Of a DNA stretch of 64,000 bases, positions 1-12,499 are shown one piece after another. The DNA lies in the NCBI GenBank assembly GCA_002269645.1, contig NIVC01001493.1, forward strand, positions 62,001-126,000. The letters are read 5' to 3'. A program made the translations under genes and the position numbers. This DNA is from Macrostomum lignano (Eukaryota). The notes beneath the pieces were generated by a model, which made no database searches, was not told the DNA's origin, and worked only from the letters and a program-made list of their open reading frames with translations. How positions within the stretch are numbered: the stretch's first letter is position 1; every line of letters starts with the position of its first letter.

Positions 1-337
1 ATCTCTATAAATCACTTTGAATTTCTGTGAATCTCTGTGAATCTCTATAAATCACTTTGAATCTCTGTGAATCTCTGTGAATCTCTGTGAATCTCTGTAA
101 ATCTCTATAAATCACTTTGAATCTCTGTGAATCTATTTGAATCTCTGTGAATCTCTGTGAATCTCTGTGAATCTCTGTGAATCTCTATAAATCACTTTGA
201 ATCTCTGTGAATCTCTGTGAATCTCCATGAATTTTTATGAACCTCTGTGAATCTCTATAAATCACCTTGAATCTCTGTGAATCTCTGTGAATCTCTGTGA
301 ATCTCTGTAAATCTCTGTGAATCTCTGTGAATCTCTG
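1..337. repeat. 10-bp tandem repeat (GAATCTCTGT with ATAAATCACTTT variants), runs off the window start
   Basis: Direct 10-bp periodicity; the 84-aa ORF here is only a translation of the repeat. Confidence 0.95.
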
Positions 338-435
338 AGGTGCTTTTGGTTTTACTTTTAGAGAATTAACGGTAATTAACCTTGAGTCGTCGCTTCCGAT
401 TGCAATCCCTAGAAAAATATACGCAGTAATTAAAG

Positions 436-3400
436 TCACAACTTTGTGCCAAAAGCTTCTACCAAAGTTTCATCATCCTGCTCAAAGTGCTCAAAGTTGT
501 CCCTGCGGCAACAATCGCAGCAGTTGCAGTCTTTGTCGCCGCCTGTGTCACCATCGTCTTTGTCACGAACTTCTCCCTCTCCATCTTCTTCGCCGTCGCT
601 CTCGTCATCGATGAGGCGCGTGATCGCCTCTTCGGGATCGAAGTTGGGACGTCGCAGCCTCGTCAACTGGTGCTGCTCGGTGCTGCTGGGCCGGCAGCTC
701 AGGTCCAGCTGAGTGCAGAAGCTGCTCGGTTCGTAGGCCCGCGAGCGAACCAAGTCAAAGTTGATGCGACCTTTGAAGAACGGCGACCTGGCCAGACCGG
801 ACAGGGAGACAATTCGCCTTTCCGGCAGCTTCTGCAGCAGCCGTTCGATGGTGTAGCGGCACTCCCAGGTGAGACTGGCCGGCGCCTCGAAGCTGTGCTG
901 CCGGACCAGCTGGCGCATCTGGCGGCAGGTTGGCGCCGCGTGCAGCGGAAACTGCAACGAATGTCCATCAGCTTTGAAAGAATTTACAGCTGGTGAATTT
1001 GTATGCCAAGGACTACTTAAGTAGAAGGACGCGAAACTATGTTTCTGGGAAAATTTTAGGGAGGCAGGACTTTCCGAAAAAATACACTACGGAGATAGGA
1101 AGTTTCCATTTTTTCAGCACAAAAGTTGTTATTGCTTTCGATAGGAATTCTTAGCTGACTGTGTAACAATATGTGTAACAGAAATGATAAAATAGATTCA
1201 TAAAACCAAAGAGCCGAGCCGTGCACTTCTATTGGTCTTTAGGCCAATAGAATCCTAATTTTCTAAACGGAAAGCTCTATGAATATCAATAGAGCTACTC
1301 GTATAAGATTTTTTTATTAGAGGCAGGGGGGTTGTGTGCACCCTGGCGCACTTTAAGCGACATTGTCACACAACCGGCGAGAGGCATTACTGCCCATTCC
1401 GCCGACTCCCCTGAGCAGGCATACAAGCGCGCGGATACGTACGCAGGCACACACTCACACAGGAGTGTACAGCGGCCCTAACTTTATATTATCGTTAGGC
1501 ATGTACACTTCACTGCGCCTTGGGGGGTTGGCTCTCAAGGCCGTTAATTACACGAGCAGAGCCAAGCCGAGATTCCAATTCAGCCCCAAATTAATGTGAC
1601 TGCACTTGGAATCGAGCCTGGGTCGCTGGCCACCAGAGCCTGCGCTAGACCCCCTTACTCGTATAAGATAGGCAAAGCATATTAAAAGAATAACATTGGG
1701 TCTGTCTCCTATCGAAAGCAATAACAATTTTTGTGCTGAAAAATGATAGCTTCTTATCTCCGTAGAGCTAGAGCAGTCCTTTTTACAAATCCAAGAAATG
1801 TAGTTTCCCGTCCTTCTACTTTCGTAGTCCTTGAGTTTTACAAGTATATTAAATTTATAAAAGTATAGAGGCTTGGCAAGCGCATTTTGTTTAAGTTTAT
1901 GAAGCTCACCTTTCCAGTGACTAGGGCGTAGAACAGGATGCCCAGGGACCACCAATCGACGCTGTGATTGTACGGCCGGCCGCAGAGCATCTCAGGTGCT
2001 GGAATGAACAGGTTGTGACCCAGCATTGCCCTAGGTCAGACAGAGGGGGAAGTGACCCCAGCCGGTAGTTTTACAATTAAATTCTGCTGAGCCATGCTTG
2101 GGTGAGCGAGATTATGCTAATTTTCTCTGCGCACTGGCCTAAGACTTTGGCCTGGTGCCAAAATGTTCTAAATAAACTTTCTAGTTGCATCTAGACTGCC
2201 TGATCAAACAATCTTGTTTTGACGCTGAGGCCTTGCTTAAGTCATTAAACGAAAAGAACATATTCTTATTCGTGAATTGTATTTAACGGTGAATTAAAGG
2301 GGGTCTGTTGACCCAGAATAAACCTAATTAATAAAGATGGAAAAAAGCTTCTTTAAACAAAGTAATTTAAAATTAATTTTGGTGCCTCGACTGCACGAAA
2401 GCTGCAACTGTTTACTGGGTGGCTGCTTTATCAAGTGCGCAGTTACTGCCAACTCTGGAATGGCATTTCAGGCATTTCAGCTGATTAATTCTTGTAGTAT
2501 TTAAATTTCCAAGCCAACAATACGCTTGTAACACTTTAACTTTATAATAAAGAAGTCAGAATTGCTGATTTGCCAAGCAATAAAATGACGGCGCAACATC
2601 GAGTCTTTGCTCAAAAAACTCCTACTTGGTCAAAGTGCAACAACACTTGACGAAACCTCACCTGAGTAAGCCAGAGTACCGCACATGGTCCTCGTCACCT
2701 GACCCCTTCGAAGCCACTTGCTCAAGCCGAAGTCAATCAGTACGAGATGACCGTCCGAGTCCATGACGACATTCTCCAGCTTGAGGTCGCGAAACACGAC
2801 ACCAGAGTCGTGCAAGAAGTCGATGGCGCAGGCCAGCTCAGCCAGGTAGAGTCTCGCCAACGACTCAGAGAATTTGCCGTGCAGTTTCCACAGGGCGAAT
2901 AGTTCACCGTTGGGGAAGTACTCGAGCAACAGGTAGAGCCGCTTTCGAGTCTGCCAGTGGCTGAGCAGGCTGGCTACAAAACAGCTGCTCTTGCCTGACA
3001 GATCCGACTGGATGCTCACCTCCTCCTTGGCCTGCGACACCATGGCGTGGCATCTGTGCACCAGGCGGGCCTTGTCGATGACCTGAAAGAAAAGTCGAAA
3101 ATCGAGTACGTGCGGTGCTCTGATCGGCAACGGGTCAAAATGATAGTTGTACAAAATGATAGTTGTACAAAATGATAGTTGTACAAAATGATAGTTGTAC
3201 AAAATATGATAGTTGTACAAAATGATGGTTGTACAAAATATGATAGTTGTACAAAATATGATAGTTGTACAAAATATGATAGTTGTACAAAATGATAGTT
3301 GTACAAAATATGATAGTTGTACAAAATGATAGTTGTACAAAATGATAGTTGTACAAAATGATAGTTGTACAAAATGATAGTTGTACAAAATGATAGTTGT

Positions 3401-5624
3401 ACAAAATGATAGTTGTACAAAATATGATAGTTGTACAAAATGATAGTTGTACAAAATATGATAGTTGTACAAAATATGATAGTTGTACAAAATATGATAG
3501 TTGTACAAAATGATAGTTGTACAAAATGATAGTTGTACAAAATGATAGTTGTACAAAATGATAGTTGTACAAAATGATAGTTGTACAAAATGATAGTTGT
3601 ACAAAATGATAGTTGTACAAAATGATAGTTGTACAAAATGATAGTTGTACAAAATGATAGTTGTACAAAATGATAGTTGTACAAAATATGATAGTTGTAC
3701 AAAATGATAGTTGTACAAAATATGATAGTTGTACAAAATATGATAGTTGTACAAAATGATAGTTGTACAAAATGAGAGTTGTACAAAATGATAGTTGTAC
3801 AAAATGATAGTTGTACAAAATGCTAGAGCAGAACATCATAATGAAGATGTCTGCTCTTCTAAATTATCTTTATTGAATATACGTCAGAAGTCAAATCTAC
3901 AAAGTTTGAAATTCTTCGTTAGATAATTGGTCTTTAGTTGGAATATCGACGCAAATTTCGACATCAAGAGAGCCTCAGACATGTAAATTTTTGAAAGAGC
4001 CTGAGCAGTTTCGGAATGAACGAGCCTTGAAACTCGTTTACATAGCCAAGATTGTTACTCATATATCGTGCACTCGTTCGCATAATGGTGCGACTGATGC
4101 TAAAAGTACTTGTACTTTATGATTTAATTGTCTGCTAGTCTGTATAGTTAGCTTGACAAAAATGACGGGGTAATAAATTAAAAACGTCTTGAAAATTTCT
4201 GCAAGGCACGTTCTCTGTCTCGATGCAACTCAGCTATAGCGTCTCAATTGCTCCATTTGCTTGCTAAGAAAGCATAAGCCGCAGTCATAAAACAACTGTA
4301 ACTTAATCTCAGATGAGCTCCAACGGCGACACTTGCGGCTGCATGGCGTTGTGCTTTTGGAGTCTGGCAAATCCAGACAGATAGTAGCTACCCTGAGACA
4401 ATGCTTGATACGAGCATGGCTCGGCATCACTGCATGCTAGCTTGCTTCTCTAGCTTTTGACTATTCATAACTCATTTCCATGAAGCCTGCAGTTTCTGAG
4501 CCTAGTTTTTGCTCATCTTTTTCAAGTCTAGAGTTCTCTCCGTCATAAATTTATGATTGAGAGAGAGAAAAAAGTTATTTTTTGAAGTGGTCTCATGACA
4601 AGTAAGCGGTCTGGGCTGCTGGCCCTCTGTCACCCCGAAAGAAACCGCTAGCTTAGTAGTCAAATTATTTAGTTATGAGTAATTAATCTAGACTAGTTAG
4701 CTAATAAAAATTCAGTGCAAAATAAAATGCAGCTTCCTAAATACTCTTTTGACTACACAATTTTACTTTAACGACTTGACTTGACATTCTACCATAGAGG
4801 GTAGAAAAGCGACGTAACGCTTAAAAAATTGGGTTTTAAAATCAAAACTGTGGCCTTCTTAATTGTTTATTCGTAATTTTGCCATGCCATGCAGAAGTAA
4901 ACTACATATTTTTTGGTTTCGCAGAGATTACTTTTTGTTTAAATGCATTGCATCAACATCCCGAATGCTCCCGACAGCTATCGCTTCAAAGAATCTAATT
5001 GGGAGTTTGCGAGAAAACGGAAAACTTTGTATTCAACATCTACATGATTTTAATGCGATATTTCCGCCTACATGTACTGTCGTTGATCCTTGTTGACATC
5101 CTTAACGTAGCTATATGCACTTATAATATATGCACTTATATCTAGACTTACAATTGAAAAGTTCATCTCACCTTCAGCGCGTACTCTTTCTTGTCGTCGT
5201 CGCACCGGACTTTCAGCACATTCCCAAACGAACCGGCCGCGATGACGTCCAGCACTTCGAAGCCGTCGAGCTCTTGCGGCCCGCAGCAGCGCACCGGATA
5301 ATCTGGCAGGAACAGCGACTCGACGTTCGGCACCGGCCACTTGGACTTGGAGGCGCCGAACTTGCTGAACAGCGTCGACCGGTGGATTCGCTTGCGACTT
5401 TCGCGGTTCCACTTGTTGGCGATGCGCCTCTGCGCCTCCGGGTCGTCAGGTGTCGATCGACACTGCTTCAAGGCTTTCTGACAGTCTTTCGTGGCCGCTG
5501 CGGCGACGCTCAGTCTGGAGGCCCATCGACGAAGTCGTCGAAAGGAGGTCTCGCGGCCATTGAATGAGGCATGGCTGTCCTTGGCTGCCATGGCAACTAA
5601 TTGTTGAGCTTGGCTGTTGCCCAT
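436..5624 (-). CDS. RSKR: Ribosomal protein S6 kinase-related (RSKR/SGK494-like) AGC kinase, 4 exons, about 492 aa
   Basis: Exons 5624-5172, 3082-2662, 1998-1910 and 951-436 join in frame through GT-AG introns (1479 nt). Kinase motifs: [47 protein letters not shown]. The pre-kinase segment [17 protein letters not shown] matches the RSKR-family WPVPxxxxLFLPEFPIR as I recall it. Confidence 0.88.
1310..1655 (-). mobile_element. tRNA-derived SINE family A, copy 1 (A box deleted), in RSKR intron 3
   Basis: Near-identical to 34851-35222. Perfect 14-bp TSD TACTCGTATAAGAT at 1296-1309 and 1656-1669; B box GGCTCGATTCC on the minus strand; A-rich tail. Confidence 0.88.
3136..3822. repeat. 16/18-bp minisatellite (AAAATGATAGTTGTAC / AAAATATGATAGTTGTAC) in RSKR intron 1
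   Basis: Direct periodicity; starts about 55 bp from the acceptor at 3082. Confidence 0.95.
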
Positions 5625-6650
5625 AATGGCTGATTTACTGTAAACTGTTTCAAAATTAGGCCGGCTATATACAAATATTTTGCTTGTTTAAAATAACTAA
5701 AAAACTTATAGATTTATGTTAGCTATATATTTTATAAATAAATGTTGGTAACGTCGCCATATGAAGGCTGTAATTTTAACTCTCATAATTTTTTAAATTA
5801 AAAGTGATTAGAATTAATATCTCATTGCAAATAAACAAATTGTTTACATAATTTTTGCACGAATCTTGAAAATAATAAGGCTTAATAATACTCTTTCAAG
5901 GAACAGCAGTTTAAATAAAAATTATTACAGAACTCTTAGCTTTCTTACCGATTCAAGTTACTAACAGTCGTGCCGGAAAATCTAACACGAATAAATTAAT
6001 TATTTAAAATAGATTACACCACTTTGAAATCCTATTTTGATTTTAAATGCAGTAAGTTATCTTTTTTATTACAAACTTCAATTTTAATAATTTTAATTAA
6101 AACTGCACTTTCAGAATCAGGCCAACACGTGCCTGCTTTATATACTCGCTAATTAAAAATGAAAACTGTTCGAATGCTACAGTCAAAAAATACTTCTTTT
6201 TTATAAAATAAAATAAAAAATACTACAAATCACTAAATTGTCCCTCTCTCACTCTATAAGCGAAAAATTTAAAACATTAAATTTGTTTAAATGTGTAAAA
6301 AAGTTTAAACTAAAAAATTACGGTTAAGATGTTCAACTTTTATCGGGGACCGATTTCACCAGGTCGACCAACTCTTATCATATGCGCAGTGAAATAGTAA
6401 GCAAAGCCCTGTGTTTAGATTAGAGAACAGACAACAAGTGTCCTGAGTTGTCTGTTCATACCAGCCGATAAAAACAGTTAAATGAATGTCAGAGTTAGGC
6501 TGCTTTGACTCATAACAGTCCAGTTGACAACATTCAGGTGCTTTGTATTTTCACTTTCAGAGCAAAGACTAGAATTAAGTTTAGAAATAAAAAACTCTGA
6601 GTCAGGCATTGCGCTAAGTATTAAGCCCCTGTTAAAGCTCTTCTATATGT

Positions 6651-7155
6651 TCTCTTTCTCCCTCTGACTATCTCTCCATGTGACTCTCTCCCTTTGACTC
6701 TCTCACCATGTAACACTCTCCCTCTGACTATCTCTCCATGTGACTCTCCATGTGACTCTCTCTCTCTCTCTTTGACTCTCTCTTCATGTGACTATCTCCA
6801 TCTGACTCTCTCTCCATGTGACTCTCCATATGACTCTCTCTCCATCATGTGACTCTCTCCATGTGACTCTCCATATGACTCTCTCTCCATCATGTGACTC
6901 TCTCCATGTGACTCTCCATATGACTCTCTCTCCATCATGTGACTCTCTCCATGTGACTCTCTCCATGTGACTCTCCATATGACTCTCTCTCCATAATGTG
7001 ACTCTCTCCATATGACTCTCTCTCTCTAGGTGACAATCTCTCTGACTCTCTCCATGTGACTCTTTCTCCATCTGACTTCCTCCTTCTGACTCTCTCTCTC
7101 TCTTTGTCTCTCTCTCCCTCTGACTCTCCCTCTGACTCTCCCTTCAACTGACTCT
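6651..7155. repeat. TC-rich degenerate tandem repeat (ATGTGACTCTCTCC-like)
   Basis: Repeated TGACTCTC(T)CC motifs with strong pyrimidine skew. Confidence 0.85.
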
Positions 7156-7375
7156 TAGTACTGTAGTCTGGCTTGTTGGTGCGCGTGCACTTAGATGTGC
7201 ACGTCTGGCTGGTTTGGGGGTTGGGGTTTAGCGCTGCGGCGTGTGCGTGCTTAGGGTGGTTACACCCACCCCAACTTTGGCAATAAATATATTGGCGTGA
7301 GCCAGTGAGGTCTCCTCACGTTTTGATTCTCTGCAATTCAACCCACGGTCTTACACTGGTGGCAGCGGTCTCAGT

Positions 7376-8170
7376 ATGGCCAAATCAGAGCAAGCCAGTT
7401 TATTGCCTCCAAAGTTCAGCGGCGACTCCAACGTGAGAATGTGGCTAAGCACGTTTGAGGACTTCGCCGACGACTGCGAATGGGACGACAAGAAGAAGGC
7501 AAAGAAGCTGAGACTGCTGGTGACAGGAGAAGCGCAAATCTTCGTCTGGGAGCAGCCGGCAGACGTGTCAGCCAGCTATGAAAGGCTGAAGGAGAAGCTG
7601 ATCGAGTGCTTCGGCAACAGTCTGAGCTGCTACAGAGCAATGGAGGAGTTTGAAGAGCGAAAGCGACAGCCCAACGAGTCGCTGAGGGAGCTCGCTTACA
7701 GCCTGAAGCTTCTCCACCTTCGGGCCCGCCCGGACGACTCCGTGGCGGCTCGGGAAAAGGACGTGAAGTTTCGTCTGATGCGCCTCCTGCCATCTGCCGT
7801 GAGAGATGCGCTGTTGAAGGACCAGGACGCGGACTCGTGTTCGCTGGCCGCCATCGTCGACAGAGCTGCGCAGCTTGAGCTGGTGAGCCACGCAACTACA
7901 GCCTCATCAGCCGCGGTGTCGGTAGAAGACAGACGGCTGAGCCAGCTGGAGCAGCAGATGCAGCAGCTGACAGCCAGCGTGCGAACGGGACCACCCGGAA
8001 GAGACAGGCGTCAGAAGGGACCCATTAAGTGCTTCAGCTGCGGCGAGCCGGGTCACATTGCTAGGCGGTGCCCAAAGGCGATCGGCAGCCGCTGCAGCCG
8101 GTGCTCAGGCAAGGGTCACTCCGCCGCGGTGTGCCCGACACCAACTGGTCAGCCGCAGGGAAACTTCTGA
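7376..8170 (+). CDS. gag: Gag with two CCHC zinc knuckles (264 aa)
   Basis: ATG 7 nt after the PBS; CFSCGEPGHIARRC and CSRCSGKGHSAAVC knuckles; retrotransposon Gag-like N-terminus. Confidence 0.92.
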   Translation: MAKSEQASLLPPKFSGDSNVRMWLSTFEDFADDCEWDDKKKAKKLRLLVTGEAQIFVWEQPADVSASYERLKEKLIECFGNSLSCYRAMEEFEERKRQPNESLRELAYSLKLLHLRARPDDSVAAREKDVKFRLMRLLPSAVRDALLKDQDADSCSLAAIVDRAAQLELVSHATTASSAAVSVEDRRLSQLEQQMQQLTASVRTGPPGRDRRQKGPIKCFSCGEPGHIARRCPKAIGSRCSRCSGKGHSAAVCPTPTGQPQGNF

Positions 8171-8215
8171 GGGTCGGCAGCCTGGGGCCAGCACCGACCC
8201 GCTCAAAAGGGGCCC
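8158..8215 (+). promoter_or_regulatory. Putative -1 programmed ribosomal frameshift signal (G GGA AAC plus stem-loop/pseudoknot)
   Basis: X XXY YYZ heptamer in the gag frame at 8158-8164, 6-nt spacer, stem GGGTCGG (8171-8177) / CCGACCC (8194-8200). Loop GGGCC (8185-8189) can pair with GGCCC (8211-8215). Confidence 0.75.
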
Positions 8216-11200
8216 TCAGATCAGCGCCTTCAGTCTTCGTGAAGGTGCACTTTGGCAGCGTGTCAGCGCCTGCTCTGCTCGACACCGGCGCGCAAGTTTC
8301 GTTGATGGACAAGTCACTGTTCGACAGACTGCAGTGCAAGATCGACTCCACCGACATCGGTGCGCTGCCGACGGCTGTCGACGGATCCCGGCTGCGCTGC
8401 CTTGGCCTGTCAGCAGCGGATGTTTCGATCGGCCAGACCATCCGCGTGCGCCATCGCTTCACAGTCGTGGACGGCATCCAGCCCAGCCTGATCATCGGCA
8501 TGGACTTCATTGGCGAGGTGTCGCAGGCGATGACCATTGACATTAAAGAAGGCGTCGTCAGGTTCGACGGCACAGCTGTGCCTTTCAGCAGCGAGCCGGC
8601 TCGAGCAGATTATCGCCTGGTGCCGAGTGTCCTGGTGGCGCGTGTGGCGGCAACTACGGAGCTGCCGCCCGCAGCGAGAAGCTGGTGTGGCTCAAGGTGG
8701 ATTCCAGCGGCGAGCAGGGAGTCTTTGAGCCGTCTGAGGACTTCGTGAAGTCCACTGCCGTCCTGCCGGGCCGCGTGCTGGCGGTCTCGGACGACTGCCG
8801 CATCCCGGTGAAAATGTGCAACCTTGCAGAGGAGCCCGTGCTGCTGTACGCCAACAAGGCGGTCGGCACGTTCGAAGGCGCGATGACAGACGGGGACGGT
8901 CGCCAGGAGGCGGCCCAGGAGAACCCCGTCGGTTGGAACATCAACGCGGAGCTGCCCGAACCGGATGCTGCGAGGCTGCGACAGCTGTTGGAGAGCAACG
9001 AGGACCTGTTCGCCAGGCACGAGTACGACCTGGGCACGACGGCGTTGCTGCAGCACCAAATCGAGCTGGAGCCGGGAGCGCGGCCACACCGGCAGGTCCA
9101 GCGCCGGCTGCCGCTGTCTGTGCGAGACCAGGTGGACAAGAAGATCGGTCAGATGCTGGAAAGCGGCATCATCGAACCGTCGACATCGCCATGGGCCAGC
9201 AACCTGCTGGTGGTCCGCAAGAAGAACGGCGACATCAGACTGTGCACGGACTGGCGGCAGCTCAACGCCTGCACGGTCAAGGATGCATACCCGCTGCCGC
9301 ACCTGCAGCAGGCCATGGATGCGCTTGTCGGATGCTCCTGGTTCTCCACCATCGACTGCCGGCAGGGCTACCACCAGGTGGAGGTGGCGGAGGAGGACCG
9401 GTACAAGACGGCTTTCTATTCGACGCGCGGCCTGATGCAATTCTGCAAGATGGGCTTCGGGATGTGCAATGCCCCGGCGACGTTCCAGCGGCTCATGGAG
9501 CTGGTGATGTCCGGCCTGTCCTGGGAGTCCGTGCTGACTTATATCGACGACATCATTGTCTTCAGCAGGACGTTCGACGAGCACTTAGAGAGGCTGGCGG
9601 AAGTTTTTAAGCGGCTGCGAGACGCGGGACTCAAGCTGCACAAGGCCAAGAGCGCGTTCGGCCATCGCCGGGTGCTGTACCTGGGACACCTGATCAGCGA
9701 GCAGGGCATCGCACCGGATCCCGGCAAGGTCGAGGCCATTCGCAGCATGCCCAGCCCAACGACGAACGAGGAGGTGAAGCGGTTTCTTGGAATGCTGGGT
9801 TTCTACCGCCGGTTCATCCCAGGCTTCAGCCAGACGGCGAGGGTCCTGCACGACGTCAGCGTGAAATCGAGGGACTTCGCGAGGAGCAGCGACTGCGAGC
9901 GAGCGTTCCGCGAGTTGAAGGACCGGCTGACGACAGCTCCGGTGCTGAGACTGCCAGATTTCACCAAGCAGTTTGTGCTCAGCTGCGACAGCAGTCAGTT
10001 CGCCGTCGGCGCGGTGCTCAGCCAGCTGCACGGTGACGCCGAGCTGCCTGTGGCGTTCGCCTCTCGCACCCTCAACAAGGCCGAGCGCAACTACTCGGCG
10101 ACCGACCGCGAGCTGCTGGCGCTTGTCTGGAGTTTGAAGCACTTCAGGACGTACCTGCTGAGTGTTCCGAGCTTCAGAGTCTACTCGGACCACCGGCCAC
10201 TGCAAGGTCTGCTGGCAACGAAGGACCCCGAAGGTCGGCTGGCGCGATGGCTTTCTACGCTGCAGCAGTTTTCGTTCGAGCTGCTGTACCGGCCTGGCAT
10301 GGACAACGTCGTGCCGGATGCGCTGAGCCGGGTGGCCGGCACGCGCCTGCAGCCTCGGTGGAACGACAGCCGCCTGCACGAGGAGCAACTGCAAGATCCG
10401 CTGCTGAGCAAGGCGTTCCAGGCGCTGACCGAAGGGATTGACAGCCTGTCCGATTCATGGGCGGCGCAGGTTCGCGAGCTGCTGGACGAGGCCTCGGTGA
10501 GCTCGGCGGGAGTCCTGCTGGTCGGTGGCCGGCCAGTCATTCCCGGTCATCTGCGGCCACATTTCCTGCAGCAGGCGCACTCGTGTGACCAGAGCGGACA
10601 CCTCGGCGTCGACAAGACCGGAGCGAGATTGTCTGAGCGCTGCTGGTGGCCTGGTCTGCGACGGGACGTCGAGAACTGGGTGGCCAGCTGTGCGGTCTGC
10701 CTGGCCAAGAAGAGTCCAACCAAGCCGCAGAAGGCGCCGCTACAGTCGACGTGCCAGCCGACGGCTCCGTGGCAGCTGGTGCAGATCGACATCAAAGGGC
10801 CGCTTCCGCGTACGACTGATGGCAAGGCGTACATCCTGAGCATGTGCGACGCCTTCTCCAAGTGGATGGAGACGGCAGCCCTGGCGGCGATCGACGCGGT
10901 TACGGTGGCGGATGCGCTGCTCAAGTCGGTGGTTCTGCGTCACGGCGCTCCTCAGGTGCTGCACAGTGACCAGGGACGGCAATTCGAGAGCGAGGTGTTC
11001 GGCCGGCTCTGCGAGAAGCTGGGCGTCGAAAAGACGCGCACGTCGCCGTTTCATCCGAGCGGCAACGGAATCGTCGAGCGAGGCAACCGGACGCTCGGCG
11101 ATATGCTGGCGACGACGGTGGCCGAGAACCAGCAGGATTGGGACAGCAAGCTGCCATATGTGACCTGGGCCTACAACACCTCCGTGCACAGCACCATCGG

Positions 11201-11741
11201 CCTCAGTCCGTACCAGGTCCTCCACGGCTGGCCACCGAGGCTGGATCTCGACAGCTGGCTGATAAGCGGCGACCGGCCGGCAGCCGACGGTGGACATCAC
11301 GGCTTCCTGCGGCGGACTCAGGAGAACCTGCAGAGCGCCTTCGACACGGTGCACGGCCGACTGCGGAGCGCCCAGGCCGAGCGCAACCGGCTGGCCAACC
11401 AGGACTCTCGGTTTGTGCCGTTCGAAGAGGGCCAGCTCGTGATGCTGCGCAACTCCGTCGTCAAGCGCGGCCAGACGCGGTGTTTGAGCGCCAAGTGGAA
11501 GGGGCCGTACCGAGTCCTGAGGCGCCTGGGCGAGGTCAATTACCGCATCCAGGACGAGACCGGCCGCAGGCGCCGGCTGGTGGTGCACCACGACCGCCTC
11601 AAGTGCTTCGTGCAGCGGCGGGCGTCACTGGAGCTTCCGGCCGCAGCAGACCACCAGCCGCCGGCCGCCGACTTCGACAACGACGGCACCGTCGCTGAGC
11701 CGCCCGGGCGGCTCATCACGTTTCTCATCACATTGGCGTGA
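8158..11741 (+). CDS. pol: Pol (protease, RT, RNase H, integrase) entered by -1 frameshift; interrupted by a 1-nt frameshift at about 8670
   Basis: Protease LLDTGA in the -1 frame; RT YIDD; RNase H CDSS..E..D; integrase H-H-C-C, DDE residues and GPY motif. Two overlapping ORFs (8068-8748 and 8685-11741) join if one base is restored in the C run at 8668-8670 (LPP[R]SEKLVWLK). Confidence 0.92.
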
Positions 11742-12499
11742 GCCAGTGAGGTCTCCTCACGTTTTGATTCTCTGCAATTCAACCCACGGTCTTACAGTAC
11801 CATAACAAACAGAATTATCAATAATCGTTTCTACTACAAATTGGCACAGTATACACTTTTGTTGTGAACATTCTCAGTAGTATAAATGAATTAAATCTAT
11901 GAAAATTTATAGAAATTCTCAATTCTCATTATCTTCTCTTCTTATATCTAAAGCTGAGTGGGTCGATCGATCGATCGATCGACCGGCCGGGTTTAACGCG
12001 TATCTCCTCCTAGACGGCTGGCAACTCAAATGCGGGACTTATATATGTGTCGAGATTCAATTGGTTTTATTATCGGCGTCTTTCAAAAGGCAGCCCTGTG
12101 TATTAGCTGGGCAGTGAAATTCAATGAATAAACTTGCGAGCCTCTTACTGTAGGAGGCAGTGACTGTACACTCGATACTTCAATGCTTTAAATCAGGAAG
12201 TTCAAAGGCTAACTGTTCCTTGAGTTTTAAGCTTTAAGAGGAGAGAATTATATTGCTGGAAAGATCTTGCAACGCTGAGTTTGGGGATATAAGTTATTTG
12301 CTTTAAATATGAAAACAAAAAGCACAGCATTGAAAAAACGATTTCCATACTTTTAACTTTCTGCCAAGATTGTAGTTGGGGGGGGGGGGGGTTGCGTACA
12401 GAAATTCAAGCCAGCTATCATTTGTATAATTTCCGTAATGGAGGAGGCGGGTGACAAATTTCAATTGGTTTGATTATCGGCGCTTTCAGTCCGTCAGAT

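Larger units (their letters stand above)
7162..11796 (+). mobile_element. Ty3/Gypsy LTR retrotransposon with a complete 5' LTR and a truncated 3' LTR
   Basis: 5' LTR 7162-7355 (TGTA...TACA, AATAAA at 7282). PBS TGGTGGCAGCGGT at 7357-7369, complementary to the 3' end of tRNA-Leu. 3' LTR remnant 11732-11796 is identical to 7291-7355. 4-bp TSD GTAC at 7158-7161 and 11797-11800. Domain order PR-RT-RH-IN. Confidence 0.95.

Noticed and set aside
3016-3839. Long ORFs ([15 protein letters not shown] repeats) apparently fused to the kinase exon
   Set aside because: Repeat translation; a proper acceptor at 3083/3082 defines the real exon.
4290-4440. [14 protein letters not shown] resembling a LINE RT C-terminus
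   Set aside because: Too short and degenerate to support.
7200-7260. G-rich or telomere-like motifs in the LTR (TTGGGG, TTAGGG)
   Set aside because: Isolated units only; not an array and too few G runs for a confident quadruplex.
8610-11698. Numerous overlapping antisense and alternate-frame ORFs within pol
   Set aside because: Expected shadow ORFs of GC-rich coding sequence.
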